From Betaproteobacteria bacterium (GTDB taxonomy: Bacteria; Pseudomonadota; Gammaproteobacteria; Burkholderiales; SG8-41), in NCBI GenBank assembly GCA_052389535.1, contig JBQTHU010000126.1:3243-67242 (forward strand): a stretch of DNA of 64,000 nt, given 5' to 3'. How positions within the stretch are numbered: position 1 is the first letter of the stretch; every line of letters begins with the position of its first letter. The notes under the pieces are model-generated. The model was not told where the DNA came from and searched no databases. It saw only the letters and a program-made list of their open reading frames with translations. A program made the position numbers and the translations under genes. Of this stretch, positions 1 to 11,684 are shown one piece after another.

Positions 1-179
1 CGGCCGACTTTGCGTGCGAGCGAGCGCACCAGCTCCACCTGGCGTTTGTGCTCGGTGGCAGTGCCATGCGAGAAATTGACGCGGACCACGTCCAGGCCGG
101 CCTCGATCATGCGCGTCAGGACTTTGGCGTCGCTCGAGGCGGGACCCAACGTTGCGACGATCTTGGTGCGGCGAAGCAC
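1..179 (-). CDS. pyk: pyruvate kinase, N-terminal fragment (gene runs off the window start)
   Basis: The minus-strand translation from the GTG at 179 reads VLRRTKIVATLGPASSDAKVLTRMIEAGLDVVRVNFSHGTATEH..., the conserved pyruvate kinase N-terminus. It follows pgk, as in tkt-gap-pgk-pyk clusters. It is absent from the ORF track because it has no stop inside the window. Confidence 0.7.
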   Translation of the reverse strand, partial: MLRRTKIVATLGPASSDAKVLTRMIEAGLDVVRVNFSHGTATEHKRQVELVRSLARKVG

Positions 180-249
180 GATGGCGTGGGACTTTTGTAT
201 CCGGTCGGGGCCGGAAAGGGGCACAGTCTAGCGGCTGCGCCCCGCAAAC

Positions 250-1437
250 TCAATTCGCCACTTCGCCGCCGCGCTGCTCCAGAATCCCGATCGCGGGAAG
301 TTTCCTGCCCTCCAGGAACTCGAGAAATGCGCCGCCGCCGGTAGAGATATACGACAGCTTGTCTCCGATCCCGTACTTCGCAATTGCGGCCAGCGTATCG
401 CCGCCGCCTGCGAGCGAAAAGGCTGTGGATTGCGCGATCGCTCGGGCCAGCGTTTTCGTGCCCGTGCCGAACTGCTCGTGCTCGAACACGCCCACCGGTC
501 CGTTCCACACGATGGTCCCGGCCCTGGACACGATGCCGGCAATCGCGCGCGCCGTTTCGGGACCGATGTCCAGGATGAGATCGTCGCCGGCCACGGCGTG
601 GGCGGGCTTGATCTCTGCCGTTGCTGTCGGCGACAGTTCCTTGGCGCAGACTACGTCGGTCGGAACTGGCACCGTTCCGCCCCTGGCCTTGATGTTATCC
701 ATGATGCGGCGCGCTTCACCCGCGAGATCGGGTTCTGCGAGCGATTTGCCGATCTTCTCGCCGGCCGCCAGCAGGAAGGTGTTGGCGATTCCGCCGCCCA
801 CGATGAGCTGATCCACTTTTTCGGCCAGCGCAGCGAGTATCGTAAGCTTGGTTGAAACCTTCGCGCCGCCCACGATGGCCACCATCGGCCGTGCCGGTTT
901 TTCGAGCGCGCGCGACAGCGCGTCGATTTCCGCAGCCATCAACGGACCGGCGCAGGCAACGGGCGCATATTTGGCGATGCCGTGCGTGGTCGCCTCGGCC
1001 CGATGCGCGGTGCCGAACGCATCGTTCACGTAAACGTCGCAGAGCGCCGCCATTCTTCTAGCAAGGCCGTCGTCGTTCTTCTTCTCGCCCTTGTTGAAAC
1101 GGCAGTTCTCGAGGAGCACGATCGCCCCCGGCTCCACGCTGACGCCCTCGAGCCAATTTTTCTGGAGCGGCACCTCGCGGTTGAGCCGCGCGGACTGGGG
1201 GCGCGCGACGGGGGCCAGCGAATCGGTCTCGGTGGGCTCGCCCTCCTTGGGCCGGCCGAGGTGCGAGGTCAGCATGACGCGTGCGCGCTGCGAAAGCGCG
1301 TGCTTGATTCCCGGAAGCGTGGCGCGGATGCGGGTGTCGTCGCTGATCGCGCCGTCCTGGAGCGGCACGTTGAAATCGACGCGGATGAATACGCGCTTCC
1401 CGTGCAGGTCCACCTCGGTCATTTTGAGGATGGGCAT
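250..1437 (-). CDS. pgk: phosphoglycerate kinase
   Basis: The ORF 250..1461 carries typical Pgk motifs ([28 protein letters not shown]). I placed the start at the ATG at 1437 ([11 protein letters not shown]), which has GGAG 5 nt upstream. Confidence 0.95.
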   Translation of the reverse strand: MPILKMTEVDLHGKRVFIRVDFNVPLQDGAISDDTRIRATLPGIKHALSQRARVMLTSHLGRPKEGEPTETDSLAPVARPQSARLNREVPLQKNWLEGVSVEPGAIVLLENCRFNKGEKKNDDGLARRMAALCDVYVNDAFGTAHRAEATTHGIAKYAPVACAGPLMAAEIDALSRALEKPARPMVAIVGGAKVSTKLTILAALAEKVDQLIVGGGIANTFLLAAGEKIGKSLAEPDLAGEARRIMDNIKARGGTVPVPTDVVCAKELSPTATAEIKPAHAVAGDDLILDIGPETARAIAGIVSRAGTIVWNGPVGVFEHEQFGTGTKTLARAIAQSTAFSLAGGGDTLAAIAKYGIGDKLSYISTGGGAFLEFLEGRKLPAIGILEQRGGEVAN

Positions 1438-1627
1438 GATGACTCCATACTTACCGTGCAATCAACGCGTGCGACGACACCAGTGCGTCATGCCGCTGCA
1501 GGCCAGGGGGCCTTAGTCCCAAATCCCCCATTCGTCGTGGCTTCGGCACGGACGCCTGTCGCGTCCTTAACATCGCACCGCGACGTTAGCCTGCGCCGCA
1601 ACGAGTGGGACGCAAACTCAAGCGCGC

Positions 1628-2641
<1,014 letters not shown>

Positions 2642-2746
2642 CGAAATCCTCCGGTTGAAGTGATGACTTTACTGCCCCACGGGTGCGCTTTCTTTGACCT
2701 ATGACAAACCTCAGTGGATGGCGTTCTCCGCGATCGCCCGCCGCGA

Positions 2747-4747
2747 CTACACCAGCTGCCTTACCGCCGACGCGACGCGCTCCGCATTGAAGCCGAAGAA
2801 CTTGAACAGCTCCGCTGCCGGTGCGGATTCGCCGAACCGGTCGATGCCGATCACATGGCCGTCGAGGCCCACGTACTTGCGCCAGCAGTCGCTGACGCCG
2901 GCCTCCACGGCCACGCGGGGCACACCGCGCGGCAACACCTGCTCGCGGTATGTCGCCTCCTGACGATCGAATACCGCAGTACTCGGCATGGAGACTACCC
3001 GCACCGGGATTCCGTCCGCCGCAAGCGCGTTTTGCGCCTCTACGGCAAGGTGAATCTCGGAGCCGGTCGCAATCACGACGCAGCGCGGCGCGCCGCCCGT
3101 CGCCTCGGAAAGGATGTAGCCGCCGCGCGCAATCCCGGCCAGAGCTTCAGTTGAGCGCTTTTGAAACGGCACGTTCTGGCGCGTGAAGAGCAGACTCGTC
3201 GGCCCGTCGCGCCGCTCTATCGCGGCCGCCCACGCGCGTGCGGTCTCCACCGGATCGCACGGCCGCCATACGTCCATGTTGGGGATCAGGCGCAGGCTCG
3301 CGGCATGCTCGATCGCCTGGTGTGTCGGTCCGTCTTCGCCGAGGCCGATCGAGTCGTGAGTGAAGACGAATATCGACCGCGCCTTCATCAGCGCCGCCAT
3401 CCGCAGCGCATTGCGCGCGTAATCGGAAAAAGTCAAAAACGTGGCGCAATACGGGATGAACCCGCCATGGAGCGCGATGCCGTTGGTGATCGCCGCCATG
3501 GCGAATTCCCGCACGCCGAAATAGATGTAATTCCCGCCGCCATCGCGTCCGACCGCCTTCGATCCCGACCACAGGGTGAGGTTCGAGCCGGCGAGATCCG
3601 CCGAGCCCCCCACCAGTTCCGGCAGCCCCGGGCCGTAGCTTTCCAACGCGTTCTGGGAAGCTTTGCGGGTGGCAATGGTTTCCGCTTTCGCGTTCGCCTT
3701 CGCAACGGCGTCGTCACGCAACCGCCGCCAGTGCGCGGGTAGTTCCCCCGCCATGCGCCGTCGAAATTCAGCGGCGCCCTCCGGATAGTTCTTCGCGTAC
3801 CCGGCGAACTTTTCGTTCCATTGAGATTGCACACGCGTGCCGCGCTCCCGCGCATCCCAGCCGGCATACACGTGATCCGGTATTTCGAACGCCGGGTGCT
3901 TCCATCCGATGTTGGCCCGCGTCGCCGCCACCTCTTCCGCTCCGAGCGGTGCCCCGTGCGCCGCGCCGGTGTTTGCCTTTTTCGGCGCACCCCTGGCGAT
4001 GACGGTCTTGCAGCAGATGAGCGTGGGACGGCGCGTCTCCGCTTTCGCGCGCTCCACCGCAGCCTCGATCGCGGCGAAATCGTGTCCGTCGACATCGGGA
4101 ATCACGTGCCAGCCGTAGGCCTCGAAGCGTCGCGGCGTGTCGTCGGTGAACCAGCTGCGGATGTGGGCCTTCTCCGAATCGATCGAAATCCCGTTGTCGT
4201 CGTAGAACGCGATGAGCTTGCCGAGTCCCAGCGTACCGGCGAGCGAGCAGGCCTCGTGCGAGATGCCTTCCATGAGGCAGCCGTCGCCGCAGAAAACATA
4301 TGTGTGGTGATTGACGACGTCGTAACCGTCGCGGTTGAACTCCGCGGCGAGCAGGCGCTCGGCAAGCGCCATCCCCACCGCGTTGGCGAGACCCTGTCCG
4401 AGCGGGCCCGTGGTGGTCTCGACTCCGGGCGCGATGCCGTACTCGGGATGCCCCGGCGTTCTGGAGTGCAGCTGGCGAAAGCGCTTCAGTTCATCGAGCG
4501 GCAGGTCGTAACCCGTGAGATGCAGCAGCGCATACAGCAGCATCGAGCCGTGCCCGTTGGAGAGCACGAAGCGGTCGCGGTCGGGCCAGAGCGGGTCGGC
4601 GGGATTGTGCCGCAGATGATGATTCCAGAGTACTTCAGCGATTTCCGCCATGCCCATCGGCATGCCGGGATGGCCGGAATTGGCCTGTTGTACGGCATCC
4701 ATCGCGAGCGCACGGATGGCGTTGGCGAGATCGACACGGGAGTTCAT
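2747..4747 (-). CDS. tkt: transketolase
   Basis: 666 aa with ANSGHPG and [13 protein letters not shown] thiamine-diphosphate motifs. Full-length match to the transketolase architecture. Confidence 0.95.
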   Translation of the reverse strand: MNSRVDLANAIRALAMDAVQQANSGHPGMPMGMAEIAEVLWNHHLRHNPADPLWPDRDRFVLSNGHGSMLLYALLHLTGYDLPLDELKRFRQLHSRTPGHPEYGIAPGVETTTGPLGQGLANAVGMALAERLLAAEFNRDGYDVVNHHTYVFCGDGCLMEGISHEACSLAGTLGLGKLIAFYDDNGISIDSEKAHIRSWFTDDTPRRFEAYGWHVIPDVDGHDFAAIEAAVERAKAETRRPTLICCKTVIARGAPKKANTGAAHGAPLGAEEVAATRANIGWKHPAFEIPDHVYAGWDARERGTRVQSQWNEKFAGYAKNYPEGAAEFRRRMAGELPAHWRRLRDDAVAKANAKAETIATRKASQNALESYGPGLPELVGGSADLAGSNLTLWSGSKAVGRDGGGNYIYFGVREFAMAAITNGIALHGGFIPYCATFLTFSDYARNALRMAALMKARSIFVFTHDSIGLGEDGPTHQAIEHAASLRLIPNMDVWRPCDPVETARAWAAAIERRDGPTSLLFTRQNVPFQKRSTEALAGIARGGYILSEATGGAPRCVVIATGSEIHLAVEAQNALAADGIPVRVVSMPSTAVFDRQEATYREQVLPRGVPRVAVEAGVSDCWRKYVGLDGHVIGIDRFGESAPAAELFKFFGFNAERVASAVRQLV

Positions 4748-4808
4748 GGGTGGTTGCCGCGGGTGCCGCGAAAAGGCTGGATTATAACGCCGCGACCGGC
4801 GCCCACCC

Positions 4809-6074
4809 TCAGTCGTCGGTCTTGCGGTTGAGCCGGATGCCGAGCTGCTTCAGCTTGCGATAGAGATGCGTGCGCTCGAGCCCCACGGCGTCGGCCACGC
4901 GGCTGATGTTGCCGCCCTCACGGGCGATGTGATGCTCGAAATAGACGCGCTCGAAGGCGTCGCGTGCATCGCGCAGCGGCAGGTCGAAAGGCAGGCCGTG
5001 CGCTGCCATCGGCGCGATCTGCGCCGGCGCCGGCTGCGGCAGTACGCGATTGATGTCTTCCGGCGTGATCTGGTCGTTAAGCGCCGTCAGCGCCAGGGTC
5101 TGCACCACGCTCTGCAACTGGGCGAGATTGCCCGGCCAGTCGTAATTGCGCAGCGCATTGAGTGCCGCGGTGCTGATCTGCCGGGGCGGCGTCTCCTTCG
5201 CCTCGATCATCCGCGAGAGCACAAGGTTGGCGAGATCGGGCACGTCTTCGCGATGCTCACGCAGGCTGGGCACCCGTATCGTGGTCGCCGCGAGGGCGGC
5301 ATACAGCCTGGCATCGAAAGCGCCCTGTGCAACCAGATCGGGCAGCGAGCGCGTCGCGCCGCAGATGAGGCGCGCGTTGTAACGGTCGAGCTTGGCGAGC
5401 AGCAACTGCAACCCCTTCTGCTCGGCGCGATTGAGTTCCGCTACGTCATCGAAGAAGAGCGTGCCTTCCCGCGCCTGGCCGAGCAGATCGAGCGGCGCCT
5501 GGGCGAGCACCGCAGCGCCTTCCGGCGCGACCCACGGCGCGTTTCGCGAGTGCAGGAAGCGCGCAGCCAGTTCGATCCCGCAGCCCGGCTCCGATACGAG
5601 CAGCACCGGCGTGCGCAAGTTCGCGATGCGCTCCAGGCGCTGCTTCAGGTCCATGACAAGCTGTCCACGACCCAGGCTTGCCAGGGAAAGCCCGGGTTGC
5701 GGCTGCTCGCCCCCATGGCGCAGCGCCCGGCCCACGGTTGCGAGCAGCTTCTGGAGCGCAATCGGCTTTTCCAGGAAGTCGTAGGCGCCGATGCGCGTCG
5801 CCTCTACCGCGGTATCGATGGTGCCGTGGCCGGACATCATCACGACGGGCATGGTGAGCAGCCCCGCGCTCGCCCACTCCTTGAGGAGCGTGATGCCATC
5901 GGTGTCGGGCATCCAGATATCCAGCAGGACCAGGTCGGGTCTCGCGCGGCCGCGAAAGGCGCGCGCCTCACCGGCGTTCTCGGCAAGACGTACTTGGTAA
6001 CCCTCGTCGGAAAGGATTTCCGACAACAACTCACGGATGCCGATTTCGTCGTCGACTACGAGTATCTGTTGCAT
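4809..6074 (-). CDS. ntrX: NtrX-type response regulator (receiver + degenerate AAA+ + Fis-type HTH)
   Basis: Receiver domain (DDE..., [13 protein letters not shown]), a central bEBP-like domain and a C-terminal HTH ([22 protein letters not shown]). It lies immediately downstream of ntrY. Confidence 0.85.
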   Translation of the reverse strand: MQQILVVDDEIGIRELLSEILSDEGYQVRLAENAGEARAFRGRARPDLVLLDIWMPDTDGITLLKEWASAGLLTMPVVMMSGHGTIDTAVEATRIGAYDFLEKPIALQKLLATVGRALRHGGEQPQPGLSLASLGRGQLVMDLKQRLERIANLRTPVLLVSEPGCGIELAARFLHSRNAPWVAPEGAAVLAQAPLDLLGQAREGTLFFDDVAELNRAEQKGLQLLLAKLDRYNARLICGATRSLPDLVAQGAFDARLYAALAATTIRVPSLREHREDVPDLANLVLSRMIEAKETPPRQISTAALNALRNYDWPGNLAQLQSVVQTLALTALNDQITPEDINRVLPQPAPAQIAPMAAHGLPFDLPLRDARDAFERVYFEHHIAREGGNISRVADAVGLERTHLYRKLKQLGIRLNRKTDD

Positions 6075-6089
6075 AAGTACGACACTAGT

Positions 6090-8318
6090 TTACACCCTGA
6101 CCTGTGTACCCGATTCGGGCGTGTCCGCTGCGGTGGCGGTTGCCGCAGGCAGGGAGGCCGTTACCCGGGCGCCGCCGCCCCGCATATTGGCGATGGAAAC
6201 CTTCCCGCCATGCTCCTCGATGATCTTCTTCACGATCACGAGCCCCAAACCCGTGCCGCCGGGCTTCGTGGTGACATAGGGCTCGAAGATCCGCGCCATG
6301 AGGTGCTCGGGAAAACCCGCGCCGTTATCCGTAACCGAGAGCCGAACGCTGCCGTCTTCCGCCTCGGTTGCAACTACTATGCTGGGCGAGGCGGCGCCCG
6401 CGAGCGCGTCCTGGGCATTCTGCAGCAGGTTATGTATGACCTGGCGCAGTTGCGCCGCATCTCCGATGACCGACGGCACCTCGTGGCCCAATTCCAGGCG
6501 GATCCGCGAACCCATCGACTCGTACAAGGTCAGCACTTCGCGCACCACCGCATTGAGGTCGAGTTGCCGCATGGAAGGCTCCGGCGTGCGCGCATACTGG
6601 CTGAAGGCATCCACCATGCGCTTGAGCGCCGCCACCTGGTTCACGATGGTCTGCGTCGATCGCCTCAGCATGTCGGCTTCTGCCGCGGCCAGTTTGCCGG
6701 AGAGCTTGGCCTGCAGCCGCTCGGCCGAGAGTTGGATCGGGGTGAGCGGGTTTTTGATCTCGTGCGCGAGACGGCGGGCGACTTCCGCCCAGGCGGCGGC
6801 GCGCTGCGCCTGCAGCAGGTGCGTGATGTCGTCGAACACCACGACGTAGCCCGTGTCCGCCCCTTGCGGCAGCCGCGTTCCGCGCAGGAGCAGGATCTGC
6901 GGCTCGCCGCCAGCCTTGCGATCGATCTGCTGCTCCCATTCTCTTGCGCCCGCGCGCTCGAAAGACCCCGCGATCCCGTCCGCAAGCGGCGCCAGAGTCG
7001 GGTCGCGCTCGCCCCATTGCTGCACTCTCACGCCTTGCAGCGGCCCGCAATCCATGCCGAGGATATGCGAAGCGCTGGGATTGGCCGAACGCAGGCGCAG
7101 GCGGTCGTCGAACGCCAGCACGCCTGCCGACAGGTTGGACAGGATGCTTTCCAGGTGCGCTTTGGCGTGCGCCAGCTCGGCCTGATTGCGTTCCGCCATC
7201 GCCCGCGCCTCCGCGAGCTGCACCGTCATGCTGTTGAACGATTGCGTGAGCATCCCGAGCTCATCGCGGCTTACGACGGCGGCCCGCGGGCTGAAGTCGC
7301 CCTGGGCAACCGCGCGCGTTCCTTCCACCAGCACGTTGAGCGGCGCCGACAGCCGGTCCGACAAGAGAAAGGCCAGCGCGAGCGCCGACAGCAACGCGAG
7401 CAGCAGCGTCAAGGTGAGCGTGATGCCGTAGAGCCGCTTCAACCCGCGGCGCACCAGCGTCTGCTCCTGGTACTCGCGGTAGCCCGATTGCACCGTTTCC
7501 GCATCCTGCGCAAGCTGCTTCGGCACCTGCTGGATGAGCTGCAGCACGCGTGTCTCGTCCTGCAGGGACACCACATTGACCGGCGCCAGCACCCGCAGGT
7601 AAAGACCGCGGTCCGGTATGGCCTCGATGCCGCTGAAGCTGCGCTGCATTCTGATCTGGCGCAGCGCTCCGGCGCTCGGCGGCTCGGGCATGAGCCCGGC
7701 GCGTTCGCTCGCCGAGTAGGCGATGACTTTGCCCCGCTGCGTATAAAGCGTCGCCTCCGGCACGCCTGCCTGCTCGCGCAGCGTGTTGAGCGCGCCCACG
7801 TGCTCGGAGGCGGGGCGCACCGAAAGCGCGTGCGCCATGCTGTCCGCTTTCACCGTAAGCTCGCGCAGCATGTTGTCCAGCGCGCCGCGGCCGAGATTGA
7901 GGCCGCCCTCCAGCGCGCGATCGAGGTTCACTTCGAACCAGGACTCGATGCCCTTCGCGAGGAACTGCACGGAAACGGCGTAGATCAATGCGCCGGGCAA
8001 CAGCGCCATCAGCGCGAACAGCAGCACGAGCCGCAGCGTGAGCTTTGCGCCGAACACGCCTGCCCGCAACTTGCGCCGCAGCGTGATCAATTGATAGACC
8101 ACCAACGCGGCGAGCGTGACCGCAACGCCACCGTTCAGTAAAAGCAGCAGCGTGTAGTGCTCCGCAAACACCGTGGTGCTCGCGCTCGCCGTGGCGAGCA
8201 GGAACACCGCCACGCAGCCCAGGCCGACGCAAAGCACCAGCAGATACTTGGTGCGGCTGCTGGCGCGGTGGCCGATAGCGGATCCGAGGCTCACGGCATG
8301 ACCGTCCAGCGGTACCAT
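6090..8318 (-). CDS. ntrY: NtrY-type sensor histidine kinase
   Basis: N-terminal transmembrane segments, a HAMP/PAS region, the H-box HEIKNPLTPIQLSAERL and HATPase motifs (DNGAGF, GGTGLGL). The exact start is uncertain. Confidence 0.85.
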   Translation of the reverse strand: MVPLDGHAVSLGSAIGHRASSRTKYLLVLCVGLGCVAVFLLATASASTTVFAEHYTLLLLLNGGVAVTLAALVVYQLITLRRKLRAGVFGAKLTLRLVLLFALMALLPGALIYAVSVQFLAKGIESWFEVNLDRALEGGLNLGRGALDNMLRELTVKADSMAHALSVRPASEHVGALNTLREQAGVPEATLYTQRGKVIAYSASERAGLMPEPPSAGALRQIRMQRSFSGIEAIPDRGLYLRVLAPVNVVSLQDETRVLQLIQQVPKQLAQDAETVQSGYREYQEQTLVRRGLKRLYGITLTLTLLLALLSALALAFLLSDRLSAPLNVLVEGTRAVAQGDFSPRAAVVSRDELGMLTQSFNSMTVQLAEARAMAERNQAELAHAKAHLESILSNLSAGVLAFDDRLRLRSANPSASHILGMDCGPLQGVRVQQWGERDPTLAPLADGIAGSFERAGAREWEQQIDRKAGGEPQILLLRGTRLPQGADTGYVVVFDDITHLLQAQRAAAWAEVARRLAHEIKNPLTPIQLSAERLQAKLSGKLAAAEADMLRRSTQTIVNQVAALKRMVDAFSQYARTPEPSMRQLDLNAVVREVLTLYESMGSRIRLELGHEVPSVIGDAAQLRQVIHNLLQNAQDALAGAASPSIVVATEAEDGSVRLSVTDNGAGFPEHLMARIFEPYVTTKPGGTGLGLVIVKKIIEEHGGKVSIANMRGGGARVTASLPAATATAADTPESGTQVRV

Positions 8319-8869
8319 TCGGACGCGATGTTCCAGTCGCGCGAGCCGAGCGCCGTCAGATGAAACGGCTTCGGCAGCTGCGACGTGTCCAGGCGCATGC
8401 GTACAGCCGCGGTGTAGCTCGTGTCCTTCTTCAGGGCGCCCGGTTCGATCTCGTGCCTCCGGCGCACGCGGCTCATCACCGCGAGGGCTTCGCCGAGACT
8501 CCCGAAGTTCTGATAAAGCGCTCCGCTGCCCACGCGGTATTGCCGGGTCAGCGCGTTATAGGACAGGCGATATGGGTACTGCGTTTCTGCGATGCGCTCG
8601 TTGAACCAGTACCAGCGCGGCCGGATCAGCTCGAAATCAACGAGGAAGTAGAGCGCCACGCCCTTGTTGAGGACGTCCTCGAGCGGCGGAGTGAGCGCGA
8701 TCGCGAAGTCAGCCTCCAGCACGTAGGCGTCTTCCGCAATGGTGAGGCTCGCTTTCTTCACCTCGATGTCGGCGCGCGCGGTCAGCGCGACGCCGCACGC
8801 GAGCCACAACGCCGCGAGCGCTTTGATCCAGTCAGTTCTTCTGTAGCAGCGCGTAGAAGAACCCGTCAT
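8291..8869 (-). CDS. DUF4390 domain protein (secreted, unknown function)
   Basis: The C-terminal part of ORF 8291..9034 resembles the DUF4390 family usually found between rsmB and ntrY. I placed the start at the ATG at 8869, just before the signal-like segment ALAALWLACGVALTARA. Confidence 0.7.
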   Translation of the reverse strand: MTGSSTRCYRRTDWIKALAALWLACGVALTARADIEVKKASLTIAEDAYVLEADFAIALTPPLEDVLNKGVALYFLVDFELIRPRWYWFNERIAETQYPYRLSYNALTRQYRVGSGALYQNFGSLGEALAVMSRVRRRHEIEPGALKKDTSYTAAVRMRLDTSQLPKPFHLTALGSRDWNIASEWYRWTVMP

Positions 8870-10127
8870 GCCGATCGTCCGGAAGAATCTGGCCCGCGTG
8901 TTCTTGTCTGGTGGTGTCGTCCCCCGGGAGAGGGAGGCGGCGTGCGTCGCGGTGGCGGTCCAGAAAGCGCTCAACCTGTATATGGTTTTCCTCTTGGAAT
9001 ACCGAGCACGTCGCGTACAGCAATTTACCACCACTCACCAGCAACCGCCACAATGCCGCCAGCATCCGCGCCTGCATTTCCGCAAAGCCGCCGATATCGC
9101 CGGGTCGCCGCAGCCATTTGATATCGGGATGACGGCGCACCACGCCTGACGCCGAACAGGGCACGTCAGCCAGTATGCGTTCGAACGGGCGGCCATCCCA
9201 CCATGCTTCCGGCTCGAGCGCATCGCCGTACAGCACATTCGCGTTCAGGCCCAGCCGTTGCAGATTGGCGCGCACGCGCTCGAGCCGCACGGCGTCACGA
9301 TCCAGCGCGGTCAGCGCCACATCGGCGGTCTCGAGGATGTGCGCGGTTTTGCCGCCGGGTGCGGCGCACGCGTCGAGCACGCGTTGCCCGGCGGTCAACT
9401 CCAGCAGCGGGGCAGCGCGCTGTGCCGCCGCATCCTGCACCGAGACCAGGCCTTCCGCGAATCCCGGCAATTCTGTCACCGGGCGCGGCCGTTCCAGCAC
9501 GAGCGCATTCCCGTCGAGCGGCGCAGCCGGAATGTCCCGCTCGCGGAGCGTAGCCAGGTACTCGCTTACCATGCACCGCCGGCGATTGACGCGGAGCGTC
9601 ATCGGCGGATGCCGATTGCCGGCCTCGAGCATCCCGGCATAGTGTCGCGGATACTGCTGCCGCAGCTTGTCGATCCACCATTTTGGATAGGAGTACCGCG
9701 CGGCCTCGCTGCGCCGCACCCGCGCCCGCAACTCAACAGCGCGACGCAAATAATTGCGCAGCACGGCGTTGACCAGCCCCTTTGCAGCAGGATGCCCCAG
9801 CCGCACACACGCGAGCACGGCCTGGTCCACGACGGCATGCGCGCCCGCGCGCGTGTACTCGAGCTGATACAAAGCTATGCGTATCAGGCTCGCCAGTTTG
9901 TCGTCCCGCAACGGTTTCTCGACGAGCGCGCCGAGCAGCGTGTCGAGATACCCGTGAAATCGCAGCGCGCCGTAGCACAAATCCTGAATCAGCGCGCGCT
10001 GCTGTGCTGGAAGAGACGGATGCTCGCGCCACAGCGCGCCCAACCCGCTGTCGAGACTGCGCCCTGCCAGCACCTGCGAGACGGCTGTGCTCGCCAGCCG
10101 CTGCGCGTCGTGCATCGCGCCGATCAA
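8832..10127 (-). CDS. rsmB: 16S rRNA (cytosine967-C5)-methyltransferase
   Basis: 431 aa with an NusB-like N-terminal domain and SAM-methyltransferase motifs (DACAAPGGKT, DVPCSASGVVRRHPD). It sits in the fmt-rsmB arrangement. Confidence 0.9.
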   Translation of the reverse strand: MIGAMHDAQRLASTAVSQVLAGRSLDSGLGALWREHPSLPAQQRALIQDLCYGALRFHGYLDTLLGALVEKPLRDDKLASLIRIALYQLEYTRAGAHAVVDQAVLACVRLGHPAAKGLVNAVLRNYLRRAVELRARVRRSEAARYSYPKWWIDKLRQQYPRHYAGMLEAGNRHPPMTLRVNRRRCMVSEYLATLRERDIPAAPLDGNALVLERPRPVTELPGFAEGLVSVQDAAAQRAAPLLELTAGQRVLDACAAPGGKTAHILETADVALTALDRDAVRLERVRANLQRLGLNANVLYGDALEPEAWWDGRPFERILADVPCSASGVVRRHPDIKWLRRPGDIGGFAEMQARMLAALWRLLVSGGKLLYATCSVFQEENHIQVERFLDRHRDARRLPLPGDDTTRQEHAGQILPDDRHDGFFYALLQKN

Positions 10128-11038
10128 AGGAACCGGTTCCCTGGTTTAACGGGATGCCCGGCAAGAAAAGCCGACACGGGCAACCGCGTGCCGCCGGGGC
10201 GCTGCATCTCCAGGATCCTGACCCCGTCATCGCCGCAGGCAACCAGAATCCCGTCGGCGCCCGCCTGCAGCACCCTGCCTGGTGTGGCACGCACGCCCCG
10301 TTCCACCTGCACCCGCCAGATTTTCAGCATTTCGCCGCGCCACCCCGTGTATGCCCCCGGTTCTGGATCGAACGCGCGCACCTTACGATCGATGTGCTCG
10401 GCGCTTTCGGTCCACTCGATGCGCGCTTCCGCCTTCCTTGTCTTGGCCGCATACGTGATGCCCGCCGCAGGCTGCGGCTTCGGGACTCGTGGCGCAGAGA
10501 GCGCCTCCACGATCATATGCGCCCCTAGTCGCGCGAGCCGGTCGTGCAAAGTTCGCGCCGTGTCATCGGCCGCGATGGGGATCGCCCGCTGCATCAGGAC
10601 AGGTCCCGTATCCAACCCCTCGTCCATCTGCATGATCGATATCCCGGTGTGCGCGTCGCCCGCAAGGAGCGCACGCTGTATCGGCGCCGCGCCGCGCCAG
10701 CGCGGAAGAAGTGACGCATGGATATTGATTGCGCCTTGTCGAGGTCCTGCAAGCAGGGGTGGCGGGACGAGCAGTCCATATGCCGCCACTACGAGGACGT
10801 CTGGCGCATGATGCGTTACGGCCGCGACCGCCGCTGGATCGCGCAACGTCCCGGGTTGCATCAGCTCCAGTCCGCGCGCGTTTGCAAGTCGCTTAACGGC
10901 CGAGGATTGCACCCGCCTCCCGCGCCCCGCAGCGCGATCCGGCTGGGTCAGCACCAGCACCACCCGGTGCCCCGCCTCCAGCAGTGCTTCGAGCGCAACA
11001 GCGGCGAAGGTTGGGGTTCCCGCGAAAACAATGTCCAT
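10124..11038 (-). CDS. fmt: methionyl-tRNA formyltransferase
   Basis: MDIVFAGTPTFA N-terminus and the HASLLPRWRGAAPIQ motif. The start is the ATG at 11038, internal to the maximal ORF. Confidence 0.9.
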   Translation of the reverse strand: MDIVFAGTPTFAAVALEALLEAGHRVVLVLTQPDRAAGRGRRVQSSAVKRLANARGLELMQPGTLRDPAAVAAVTHHAPDVLVVAAYGLLVPPPLLAGPRQGAINIHASLLPRWRGAAPIQRALLAGDAHTGISIMQMDEGLDTGPVLMQRAIPIAADDTARTLHDRLARLGAHMIVEALSAPRVPKPQPAAGITYAAKTRKAEARIEWTESAEHIDRKVRAFDPEPGAYTGWRGEMLKIWRVQVERGVRATPGRVLQAGADGILVACGDDGVRILEMQRPGGTRLPVSAFLAGHPVKPGNRFL

Positions 11039-11093
11039 AGACGTTCGCGGGCCTGCGGCGCAGCCGGAATCCGCCAGCGACCCCGGCCAGCCG

Positions 11094-11597
11094 TCACATC
11101 GCTTGCCGCTCCTGTTTTCTGAGCCTGGCAAGGATGCGCTGTTGTTTCAACCGGGACAGCCGCTCGACGAAGACCTTTCCCTCAAGGTGATCCATCTCAT
11201 GCTGTATGCATACCGCCAGCAAATCCTCGGCCTCGAGCGTGAAGGGCGCGCCTTCAACATCCAGCGCCCTCACTTTAACCCTCTGAGCACGCGTGACTTT
11301 TTCGTAGATCCCCGGCACGGATAGGCAGCCTTCTTCCCACTCCGCCTCGCCGTCCTTATCCACGATTTCCGGGTTGATAAACGTGCGTAATTGGTCGCGT
11401 GTCTCGGAAATATCGATTACGATAATGCGCCGATGTACGTCGACCTGGGTCGCGGCAAGACCGATGCCGGGCGCTGCATACATCGTTTCGGCCATGTCCT
11501 TGACCAGTGTGCGGACCCGGTCATCGACCTGCTGGACGGGGGCCGCAATCTGGTGCAGTCGCGGGTCGGGATACTTGAGGACGTGCAACAACGCCAT
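11094..11597 (-). CDS. def: peptide deformylase
   Basis: [14 protein letters not shown] and QHEMDH metal-binding motifs. 167 aa. Confidence 0.95.
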   Translation of the reverse strand: MALLHVLKYPDPRLHQIAAPVQQVDDRVRTLVKDMAETMYAAPGIGLAATQVDVHRRIIVIDISETRDQLRTFINPEIVDKDGEAEWEEGCLSVPGIYEKVTRAQRVKVRALDVEGAPFTLEAEDLLAVCIQHEMDHLEGKVFVERLSRLKQQRILARLRKQERQAM

Positions 11598-11684
11598 AAA
11601 AAGCTTGCCAATTTAATCAGGTAGATGCAGAATTTAAACCAATACGTAACGTTGGGTCGGGCTGCTGAAAACAAAGGGGGCACC

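Noticed and set aside
215-243. The hairpin GGGGCGCAG / CTGTGCCCC (minus strand) between pgk and pyk as a terminator or attenuator.
   Set aside because: The 9-bp stem needs a G-U pair and is followed by only three U residues. pgk and pyk are probably co-transcribed.
4866-8141. A 1091-aa plus-strand ORF, and many other 100-540-aa ORFs such as 22637..24109, 30478..31944, 43082..44194, 51610..53169 and 59002..60636.
   Set aside because: All lie antisense to, or out of frame with, strongly conserved genes (ntrXY, yidC, atpB, argS, gltB, pilQ). They have Arg/Ala/Gly/Pro-rich low-complexity composition with no recognisable motifs. These are typical stop-codon-poor artefacts of GC-rich DNA.
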